In this document: one piece after another, positions 1-10,700 of the stretch
Numbering within the stretch: the first letter of the stretch is position 1
Layout of the letters: each line of letters opens with the position of its first letter
Source: Phoronis australis
Taxonomy: Eukaryota; Animalia; Phoronida
Assembly: GCA_002633005.1 (NCBI GenBank)
Contig: NMRA01000126.1
Coordinates: 710,155 to 774,154 of the forward strand
Direction: 5' to 3'
DNA: 64,000 nucleotides
Notes under the pieces: model-generated
The model's input: the letters and a program-made list of their open reading frames with translations, nothing else
Told to the model about the DNA's origin: nothing
The model's database searches: none
Program-made: the position numbers and the translations under genes

Positions 1-367
1 TGATAGAAGTGTCCTGAGATACTCATTATTACTTGCCAACATGCTCAAAGCTATATAGTCTCATCTTAGTGACTTAGTCTGTCTTAGTGAAGTTAGTCAC
101 ATGTCCAACAGCAGTTGAAATTCCGACAGTATTTCGGGAACTCATGGTAGCCTCAATTCAACCACAATCATTAATTTGAAGCACCAACCGGAGCCAAACT
201 AGAGTGCACCTGAATAATCAGGCGCAACAGCTCCACTGGCACGGACATTGGCACTGGTACACTGGCACTGACACTACTGGAGACGAGTGAGTGTTGCTGG
301 CGGAGAGCAGTTCCAGATTTCCCAATGTAGATACAAAATAAAGAGACGCAGCAACTTGAAAACAAAC

Positions 368-491
368 CTTTGAACTCAGATCGCGGCCAGAAGAAATATG
401 TCAAAGGGAATAAGATAAGGGCATAGAAAGAAAGGAAGAAATAATAAAAAGTTCCTCCTTTCTCATCATACTCGAACTCCATGCCAGCCAT
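368..491 (-). CDS. SEC63: SEC63 translocon J-domain protein, first coding exon (gene continues beyond the left edge of the window)
   Basis: ATG at 491; MAGMEFEYDEKGGTFYYFFLSFYALILFPLTYFFWPRSEFK matches the conserved SEC63 N-terminus (MAGxxFxYDxxGxTFxYF...TM1); 124-nt exon ends at a G|GTTTGT donor. Confidence 0.93.
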
Positions 492-845
492 GTTGATTGA
501 TACGTCAGCGCTGACGCTCAAATGTGAAATCGAGGCCGGGGGAAACACGCTCCTGTTATTTTTAGCCTGGGATTCACCGCTAGGTTCCGCGGCGACGGAG
601 GCCTAAGACCAACGGGTGGTCGAGCGGAGACGTAGCATTTCATGTGATTCAGGAAATTTGACCTGAGATTACCTATACCTTCTTATATATCTCTGACTTG
701 ACCAATAACTATTTAATTGTCTATGTTACACTAGCAGTCCTTTATTCGTCACGGCGGGTCGTCGAGTGGAATTGACGGGCGACGGACTCTTGGACTCGTT
801 CAGGTGGTCGATCCAGTCCAGAAATGTCATTGGCTGAGGGGTTGT
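492..845 (-). promoter_or_regulatory. SEC63 5' UTR / CpG-rich promoter
   Basis: CpG-rich stretch directly upstream of the ATG; CCAAT boxes at ~702 and ~829 (ATTGG). Confidence 0.5.
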
Positions 846-849
846 TTAT

Positions 850-1101
850 CATGCGCGCCCAGTGTAAAAATGGGGGTTCGAATTTTTGAGAATGTGGACC
901 TTTTATTATACTGACGGGGTATCATTTCAGACTAGAGCTATGAATTGTGCATTAGCGGCGAAATTTTTGGTACCGGTACTTAATTCCCTCATTTTTAGTG
1001 GTCTTTTGTCTCGTTTTCTATTTTTTCGAACTTTTTGTTTGTCTGCAGCGGACCTTTTTGCCCACTTCGTTCGAGCCTCCCCCGGGTGACCGGAGCGCAT
1101 G
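850..1101. mobile_element. MITE with CATGCGC...GCGCATG termini and 5-bp TSD (TTTAT)
   Basis: Inverted termini; TTTAT at both 845-849 and 1102-1106. Confidence 0.75.
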
Positions 1102-1866
1102 TTTATAATGTTACAAAATAACAACTGCGTCGCTTTCTCATGTCGAGGTCTAAATTTTACGTCTTGAAGTCCTAAAAAACAGATAATCTTAACAAACAAC
1201 CACGTCTATCCCACGTCACGCTTGCTAAATGCCTTCCTAAGTACTGGTCTTCAATTCAAATACTATCCTTGGGATTTTTCAGATGAAGATAACTTTGGAT
1301 CATGACATCATCGGGTCACATTACCAATCTCAAACAAACACAGTAATTGCGAATAATATGCGGCAGCAGGTCTTCAATATCAAGTTTGCCAAATTACTTC
1401 TTTCTATTCTGTTCAATGCTATTGTAGGGTTTTTAATCCAGTCTCACATTCTTGGTTGCTTGAGACGCGTAGTACTTTTATCGGGCCATTCGGGAAATCT
1501 GCCTACTTTCTCGCGAAAATAATTAACACACTAGTGTTGTCCTTTTAAATTAATCTCTCTCTTCAATGCAGATTCTGTAGCGTACACTCAGTGTTTTTTC
1601 TTTGGTAGTTGGGTGCTGAGCTACCGGCGAAGTATTCCCCCCTTTCCACCCCGCCTGATACGTCTGTGTTAACAAAACTTTAATAATTTATTTAAATTTC
1701 GAACAGTCATCTATACATTTTTTTCAAAAATCAGGAGACCTTACATTGTCATCTGAAACAGATTTTTGTCAGTTTCCTACGGCGCCCAGTTGTCAAACAT
1801 GACGTCATCGTCTGCATTTTCTTCCGCAGTGGTTGAAAAAATAATACAGAATGCCATCATTGTTAC

Positions 1867-1903
1867 TGTTGTTGTTGTTGTTGTTGTTGGTGTTGTTGTT
1901 GTT
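1867..1903. repeat. (GTT)n microsatellite (poly-Asn in the minus-strand frame)
   Basis: tgttgttgttgttgttgttgttggtgttgttgttgtt. Confidence 0.9.
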
Positions 1904-2302
1904 TTCGCTATTGGCCCCAACATAGTTTATATCGTAATTCCTATTATTTGCTTCATCCTTCTTGTCTCGCACAGTCGGCTGGTTGTTTTCTTCAGAATCA
2001 CCTCTATTAACAACATCAAAGATTGTTCTCTGTGAGGCACAATCAGTCCTGCGTGTTATTTGTGAATGCTTGCTCCTGTAACAGTCAACTTGTAGTTTTA
2101 AAAACTTCGAATGACATGAGTCATCTAGCATGGAATTTACACTGTGCGATGACTGAGTAATTGTTGATTCAAAACTCATTGTTTTAAATCAGGAAAATGG
2201 TGTATGTAAACTGTTTTCCTAAAAAGTTCTGATCTTAAATGTATATTATATTACGCCGACGTTGGGTAAGACATTGATTCGGATCTCTAACTGAATATCC
2301 TA

Positions 2303-2527
2303 CAGTGGCGGATCTAGGATAACATAAGGGCGGCCCCAACATGTTGGCTTAGGAAATTGGTCAAAGCGCGATTGGTATGCAAAAAAAACGGGAACAGGAT
2401 CTGCGGTGTCTTGGGAGCCCCACCCCAACCCCCCCCCCCAANNNNNNNNNNNNNNNNNNNNNNNNNNNNNNNNNNNNNNNNNNNNNNNNNNNNNNNNNCC
2501 CCCAAAAAAAAAAATATTCCGCCTATG
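2303..2527. mobile_element. MITE with CAGTGGCGGA...TCCGCCTATG termini and 5-bp TSD (TCCTA); spans an N gap
   Basis: Inverted termini; TCCTA at 2298-2302 and 2528-2532; Ns at 2442-2498 next to poly-C. Confidence 0.75.
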
Positions 2528-5500
2528 TCCTAGTATGAAGTCTTGCAAATTTCCCACCACGCATCATAAAAAGAATGACAAATCATTTTGTTTCGTGCTA
2601 ACGATCAGCACGATTTACACCTTGTAATTGTTTGCCTATGTTTCGAATGAGCTAGAAATAAGAATTTGTGTCCCAGTGAGACATGATTTTTGAATGAAGT
2701 GAAACTCGTTGAAAACTTACTGTTGCTCTGGCCAGTTGATGGCTAAAATGTGCTTGATATTATCTGCTTGACGAAAAGCTGCAGCTTCAATTTCCTGTAC
2801 ACTGTTGGTAAAAGTCTGTGTAAATAGAACATAAGAGTGTCGTAGCCTACTAGGGATGGAGAAATGTTTCTATCTTAAAATTTTCCTAGGAGAAACTGAG
2901 AAAATTTGATATCCAAATTAAAAAAATCTCATTAAGCCTAATCTATGAAGAGTGGGTAATACGTGGGTCGAATAAATTGTGAGAGTGGTTCTACTGAGAT
3001 CTTGATGAGGTAGGTCTATTCGTGACCATCAGGAGAAGGAATGCTTATGAAGATGATGTGAACCAAAGTGAAATTCTTCACGACATTAAGAGAGCGTTTC
3101 GCAAGAACGAATTAACAGACCTAATATTACCGCATGACTGAACGTTAAATTGAGAAAGTGGCCCGGGCAAAAATTTGCACATGAATCCCGCAGCGGCGGT
3201 GCGTCACTATGAGCCTGGTGTGTAGTTAATCGGTATCTCACAATACGCACAAGAGCATGATCACCTCGGAGAAAACCCGACAAGCCTGTTGAGTACTACT
3301 GGCCAAGTGCCTGCAGCGACGTTTTTCATGGGCGGACGTTGATTGAAATATCTGTGTTCTCGATCCATCACTTTTCACTGAAGTTTCAATAGCGCTTTCC
3401 ATTTTGGAGTTGATATCACAAATGTTCTGGAAAAAAATTAGATGCTGCTAATGGAAGCTGCAATATGCAACAAGTGACCTTTTTGTTTTGTCACAATTCT
3501 TGATGAAACTTGCCCGTAGTAAACTATCGCGGTCCTATTTTATGGCGGGTCACCGCCCATCTTATATGTTAATCTCTTTTCTTTCTAAAAAAATCACTGT
3601 GTAAAATTCAACAAAAACTCTTTGCTTTTTATTACATTTGAACAGAAATTACAATAAAGACGAATAAAATATAATGTTATGCAAGTTACCGTTGCAAATT
3701 TGTAAATGGCTGTCACATTTCTGTTCAGTTCTTTTCGAGCTTTCAATGGCTCTGCCATTAAAACCGACTTCCTTTTGATAAGATCAACTCGCCCTCTGTC
3801 AATACACAACAGATAACAGCTCATAAGTGCAGCCATACTTGTAGAGCACTTTAACTTGCAATCACGAAACAAACATGATTCTGGGTATTTTCAGTCGAAA
3901 TAACACAAACCAATATAAAACGTTATGAACCAAAGACTAGATAAGTAAAGTCGGAAATTTCCTAAACTTACTTGTAAATCTCGTTGATTCTTTGGTTGAA
4001 GACGGCTTGCAAATATTCAAATTGTTGGTGAATCCGATTTAACTCTTGTTCAAAAACCTTGAAATACGGCGCCAAACAGTCTGTATTTTTACCTTAAACG
4101 TAACTATAAATTTGAAGACCATATGTATCTTCAAAAGCCTGCTTCAAGTTGATTTTTCGCATTGTAGCGCTTGTTATAAGTCTTTATTTCCCTAAAACTA
4201 GAAATTCTTTTAATTCGACTAACGTGATTTTTTTGAATGTAGACACATTTTCTTTAAAACACTGAGTTCGCTTAAAGTTGTGAGAGTATCCCAAGACAAG
4301 TAAACATGCTTGACATACAGACAGCTTTTTGCACGCGAGTGTAGGCAATAAGATGCTCAACTGGTCTTACAAATAGCTGTCTGCTTCGTCTTATATGACT
4401 GGCGCATGCGCTGCAAATGTTGCTGAACAAGTCGGTCCATGTTGAAGAAAAGAATGCCCTGTCTCCTCGTCCATTGCTCACACCACTCGCTGATCCTAAC
4501 AAAACACAAGAGCCGAAAAATTATTATTTTTCTTAAAGCGACATTAAATCCGTGCTTTCTGTCAAAACAGTTGTGATCCAGGCCACTTGCCGTCAGGAAA
4601 CTGGTCTCCACAAATTGTTCCTGATTTCAGGGCGCCGAAAGAAGTAGCTGAGTTTGTTATTCTCTTCACACCAAAAGTTCCAATTGTCATGCCTTGACCT
4701 AGGTCTGAAGAACTTATGAACTGCTAATTCTTTCCTAGCCAGGTTACCACTTCTATATTGAGTAAGGAGCAAGATAAAACAATGCACGAATGTAACAGCG
4801 CTTTAAAATGCATAAACACCGCAGGGTCGTTGTTGTCGTGCTCCTGCGCATACCAGCCCAGAATCCCAAACTCACAGCACAAGCCAATTTTGTTATTCTA
4901 AGCAATAAACGATTCAAAGCGTTAAACGGTAAACCCATTAAACTGCTTCTGCGTAACAACTTTGCTCTTCGGCCACATAACTTATACTCAGTTAACTAAC
5001 TAAGTAACCTGTGTTCCTTTTTCAGTCATAGGGTGCATTTCCGAAGCACAATTTGCCTGAGATCATTATTGTATTGTTATAAGTGAATCTAAAATAAAAA
5101 AAACCTACTCTTCAACCCGTTTAACGGATTTTTCCTTAGCTTTCAGTGTTCTCTTGACTTCACTGAACTCGGGAACAACGACGAAATCACCGCGCTCCTC
5201 ATCAAAATAGCGGAGTTGAATTGGTGAATTCATGTCTATTTTCTGTGTCAGTTGGATCGAGAGTGACGTGTTTAATTGTGACGTGCCAGTAGTTACAATA
5301 TACCACTGTCCGATTAAGTCAATTTTTGCAGAAATTTGTAACGAATTTTCATAGAACGTTCTCAGCAACTTATGTGGCTTGGGGGCGTAGCTGGTCGGCG
5401 GCTGGTGTCAGCTTGCCTTACAGGTAGAAGCAATAAAAGCCTTACATACCAAGGTAGCGCTCCGAACGATCTCAATGAAAAACGGGGCAACACCGAGTAA

Positions 5501-5919
5501 GAAATGACTGCTGAGCGTGGAACAATCTCATGATTAAAAACCCTGTGGGGGATGTCGCTTTTGAGCCATAATTTTGGACTAAGCAGCAGTTTTCCGTCCG
5601 TTGTAGTGTCAATCAGTTTCATCAGTTAGTTTTCAAACAGCCGGGCATGCACGTTCTGAGGAGTTTTGTATGACAAGGCGCTTATCTACATGAATTCTGA
5701 AGTTCATGAAACGATAAAAGCAAGAGAGGATTAAAAGTATCCAAGCATCAGTTTTAAAGAAAGGTTAATCCTTTTCGTAGTATTTATTTTCCAAAGAATG
5801 CTATGCCATATGTAAGGTGTCTTCTATGGTTATCCCAACCTAAGGTCTCAAAATGCCCGTGTGGTGCAATTATTAAAAAGCATGTCTCAGCACCACTACC
5901 GCAGCTTCAATCACGTTCA

Positions 5920-6015
5920 GACTGACTACAATGTGGACTAGTTCTGCGATTCGAAGGATTGCGTAAAATGGCGATCCACACTGGCAACCTCGAGATGAAC
6001 TCAGCAAACCAATTG
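5920..6015. promoter_or_regulatory. Promoter-like motif cluster upstream of the decayed gene
   Basis: ACTACAA (~5925), YY1-like AAAATGGCG (5965-5973), CCAAT (6009-6013), local CpG enrichment. Confidence 0.35.
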
Positions 6016-6497
6016 GCGTTAATAACCTTCAAATGAGAAATGCAGGGATAGACTTTATTGAACACTGATAAAGCCTAGACACCTACAAGAAATCACACGT
6101 TTTGGTAAAGCTCAGTGACAGGCAGTTTTAAAAATATAATTGCCATACACCATTTTGGTAGATGCTTTCAATTGTGCTTGGTTAGTTGATAACGTTTTAG
6201 AACATTTATTGTTTTGTAAAACCAATCTGTGAACAAGAGCAGTGATGGAAGTGTTGTCCTTTTGAGATATATATCTATATTCTTTACTGCTTACCATGGT
6301 AACTATTTTTAACATCTCACAATTTTAAAATGGCTTATTCACTAAGGTATCTTTCTCCTCCCCACCTTAATTAACCTCATAGTTTAAAATAGTGAAGGGA
6401 TCAGGTGGTTGATGTTTTCAGGTGTATAAACACTGACCACCCAATTAGCCGAAAAGTTCAAAAACAAAACCATTCTCAGAAATGAAAATCAAGAATA

Positions 6498-6503
6498 TTT
6501 ATT
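6498..6503 (-). terminator. Candidate ARID2 polyadenylation signal AATAAA
   Basis: TTTATT on + strand ~1.1 kb past the ARID2 stop, followed by T/GT-rich sequence on the minus strand; an alternative site lies at ~6054. Confidence 0.45.
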
Positions 6504-7637
6504 CTTCAAAATTTACTGTTCAATATATTGTACAACTAGGTAAATTTACAAACTAAGTATGAAACCATCTAAACACTTGTCCTTACCATAAGCTATGTAG
6601 GAAGTCACACACATTGACACGATGCAAAAATAAGCAAATTTTCATTGTAACTGGAATGACGTCAGATGTAGCAGCATTTCATTTCAAATATCAAACACCA
6701 AAACATCAGTGTAAAAAGTATTCTACATGACATAATTGTACAGAGTGCACAACAGTAACCCATGTGCATTTAATACGTTGTTGTCTAAACACTAACAGGC
6801 GACAATCTTCTCCTTGGGGGCTCAATAATTTCACTTTAAATAAATATCATTAAACATAAGACAAATAAATTAACAATACACTTGTGTCTACCAGCTAGGG
6901 AAGCAATACTTCAGAGATCACACATCAAATGGTCAACTACAAGAATCTAAAACACGGCTCATCATTTCCTTCAGCTCATATTGCATTTACCATCATCCAG
7001 CTAAAGCTGAGAAATGCAGAGACGAGCTTGGCATGACGGATGGATCAACACTCACAGAAAACTAAGTCTTCTACCAGTCACACTTAAAATAAATGCTATC
7101 AAATATTTACACCTTGATAGGTTCCAGCTGACACACCCAATTACCAGAACCACAAGCCCTGTCCTTGTAAACTATTATCTAAGACAGGTCCTACACTATG
7201 CCTTAGGCATGCACCACAATACTATCAATCATGGAAAAAATGCCTTTCACACTGACCACTTCTGGGTCAATGCTGTAATATTTGACAATAAAATAATCTA
7301 TCCTTAGGAAAGTGAAATCAATTTTTGTAGACATGCATTGAATGCCGTTTGCAAATTTAATCTCCATTTAAATCACATGAGTGCAACATGAAATTAAAAA
7401 CCAAATACAGGTCTTAATGCATTGTGTATTTTTAACAACTAATGACATTGTTATACCAATTGAAAATTCCAGACTAAATGTATTAGTTTTTGTAGCTTGC
7501 CAACAGTTGCAGGAGAGCGTTCACTGAAGCCAACTTGGTATTATGACAATGTTGGACAAGATCACACAACGACCTTCCAAGCAGAACACGTCCTCACAAG
7601 TTGAGACTTGTCATCTCCCCTCATTGTGTGATGTATA

Positions 7638-7743
7638 CTAATGGTTGTTGATAATTTCCCACAAACAGTTGCTAATGGCTGCTGATGACTCCACGGCACT
7701 CATGGCTATGTAGGCTAGCAAGTGCTCGTGTTTCTTTATAATC
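7638..7743 (-). CDS. ARID2: ARID2 last coding exon
   Basis: [34 protein letters not shown]; acceptor attgcag; TAG at 7638-7640. Confidence 0.9.
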
Positions 7744-10700
7744 CTGCAATAGACACCAGGCTGATGTACAAGCTGATCAGACATAACCAGATGGAGCGCA
7801 CAGTCCAATTTTTGTACTGAAAATGAAACTAAAAATTATTTTTGACATTTTCCACACTACTTTTGTACAACCTCAAGATAAGTGTCTATTACTCTATGCT
7901 CAAGTTCATTATGGCTTACGCAGATGAGTTCTCACTTCAAAGTTTGCCCTTGAAAACCCTTAGGTTTGAGCTGAAGTTGAGTGAAACTTTGAGAATCCGA
8001 CTAAAAAGTCAAGATTTTGGGGATCATCAAATGCAAACTAGGCTCAGACAGCGATCCAAATAAACCATAATCAATGTATTTGACCACAGAACGATACGCA
8101 CTTAACATCATAAGGTCACACAAAAGTAGAATGGAACATGCCAAAAATAATTTCCAGTTTAATTTAGAGTACAAAGATAAGACCTAGGGCCCAGGTTTAG
8201 CTACCATATTGTATAAAGGTTTTATTCCACTAAGTAGAAGATGTCTGAAAAGTGTACTCGCTTCAGCACTACACTGGGAGCTCAAACTCAGTTCACGTGG
8301 ATCAGACACTGCACCTGGGTCTACTGTACGGTTACAACTTGCATGCTCTGTAGGCACAGGCATGGCAAACAAATAACTCAGTTTTGAAAAACGAAAATTT
8401 ATCGTTCAATGCTACCAGAACCTCACAAGCGACTAGGATTGTAGAACGTAATCTTCTACCCAAGTTCACAAGGAAAGGAAGAATTGATTTTGGTTTATAG
8501 ATCCTCTCCTCAATATTGTTCCTAAGTCAACAGATAATGGAGTTACAGTCATTAGAAGTGTGAGTACATTTTTGAGACACCTTGTTTGGAATTATCCATG
8601 AAATAGCAATCATGTGACCATGAGATTTCATGAACATTTGTAAAGAAAAGGAATGAAAAATAAAGTTGACATATTTGAACCAATTCAAACGATCTTAATA
8701 TGTAGTTAAGTATGCCCGTAAATCAACAAGAGGCAGAGTAAACAAATAGTCATTTCAGCTATGGAGTGATGTATACATACGTTCTACCATGAGATGAATA
8801 TCTGGCAAGATTCCTGAGTATGAGCGACGATGTCAAGCGGATGTGTTTCGTCACTGGCCCTTCCTTGGCTTCCTATAAGCAACCAACAAAAGTCTTGTAT
8901 TTCACACGGTTGTTTTGTTTAAATCACCAGTAGGAAGCCCACTAAACTAGTATAGACAATCAGACACTTAGTTGGATAACCAAGGTAACTAGAAAATGAA
9001 GCTTCATTTCCATACAAACTCTGAGCATTATAGAAACTCAGACACAAAAAATTTAAGAATCCTTCAGCACCATCAACTTGGAATTCCCAATTCTCTTGAT
9101 CGTAGATGAAACCATGATTGATCACAGGAAAATGGAAGATGTAAAAATGCGCTCGTTTGTGCGACTTAAATGCAAGTTAAGCAGACTTAAAAGGTATTTG
9201 TAAGCTATTAACTGCACCAAGGTATAGTAGCAACTCAAGACGGATGTTTTTTCATATATCCTCCACTAACGAAGCCGCAGTTCTATTCATACATGAACAC
9301 AAAAATTGTGCAAATGGACAACCTTTACACTAATGACAGCTTGCGGGCCTACATAGCCTGCATTATACTGTGTTATTTCCAGCACGACACCACATTATTT
9401 ACTGAACATGGGTCAGTGATTTGCAATGAGTAATTTTCACCACAAATCTCATTCTTAAAAACATTTAGCAACTTCCACATCACTTCACATTCACATCGCT
9501 GCACTTAAGATGTATTTCTAACTCGTCTGACCAACTACTATCAGATATAAAATGACAACTACCATGCAAAATTTAAGTTTAAACTAGCTAAAATAAAAGC
9601 TAACTACAGCTACAGAAACATAGTTGACTGTTACTGACCAGTAGTTCTGGGTATGGTTGTTGAACAGCTAGGCGTTTGATTGCCTGTGACGCGGCGTCAT
9701 TAGCGTACACCGGTGGTGGTGCAGCAGGTGAGGGAGGTGGTGCTGGCGATGGCACTGGTGTACCGTTAGGTGTGGACATCACCTGACGTCTCATCGCGGC
9801 TCCCTTCAGAGCCTGTTCAGTACAGTGGCGATCCTATAGAAAATAGGGGATTATGAATGCTATGGCTCAATACACTGACATTTAACTTTCATTGAGACTA
9901 ACACAAATTCAAATACACTATGCAGAAAAAAATGAAATCGCGTGTTGTAAACAAAAAAAAATCGGAAGAAATTTGATCATTACACTATTTGCTGATCCCC
10001 TTGCACACATAGAACGCAAGTGACAATTCCACAGGAGCTTTTCACAATTCATCCATAACTACATCAATGTAATGGCGCTTGAAATCCATCGCAGTGAACT
10101 GCATGCATCATCAGGCATACGTGAAATTTTAGCCAGTCAGCAGTGATGTGTGTTCTAGGTGTGATATCGTACCTGTATATGAGTCACCAGTGATAACTTC
10201 TTTCTGTGCAGCTTGTCACAATTCTCCCATAAGCATAACCCATCGCCTGTTAAGTGCGTCTTACACACGTGCACCAAGGTGGCTCTGGCAGAGTCAAAAG
10301 ACCTACAACGAAAAGTGGGCATAAAAGTTGTAAAAGCAACAATTAACAATCAAATATCAGGAAAGGTATGATTTCACTATATCTCAACTAATATATAACG
10401 CCAACCAAGTAAAAACAATCCAATTTGGACATCGAACGCTTATTAATTTGGATTTCAGAAAAACGTTTGCACCATTTTGTAACTCGAGCATTCCACGACA
10501 TCAACTTACTAATTCCTCCATTTTTTGACATCAATCTCAAGTTATAGAATTGTGAAGAATGACAATAAAAGCAATAATAAAAAAACGTGTTTCACATTAT
10601 TGGTTAAAAAGCATGTTCAAGTGAGTACAGGTAAAATAGGGAATGCTCAGCCAAAGTCAGTTGAATCACAATGCACATTGTGGTGAATCACAACGCACAT

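Larger units (their letters stand above)
1150..5696 (-). pseudogene. Decayed multi-exon protein-coding gene of unknown family
   Basis: Exon-like blocks at 5450-5696, ~5109-5320, ~4570-4752, 3972-4495, 3690-3795, 3265-3426, 2721-2815, 2621-2651, ~1790-2218 and ~1150-1575. Most have AG/GT boundaries. Phases chain 2>0>0>2>0 from 3972 to 2218. Three internal exons are stop-free; the others carry TAA/TAG/TGA stops and apparent frameshifts. Confidence 0.65.

Noticed and set aside
1766-2035. + strand ORF with a poly-Val hydrophobic run resembling a membrane protein
   Set aside because: By-product of the (GTT)n microsatellite; antisense to the exon-like minus frame.
1150-5696. Idea that the in-frame stops in the hidden gene reflect stop-codon reassignment or readthrough
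   Set aside because: All three stop types and apparent frameshifts occur, and neighbouring ARID2 (TAG) and MTF1 (TAA) terminate normally; mutational decay is simpler.
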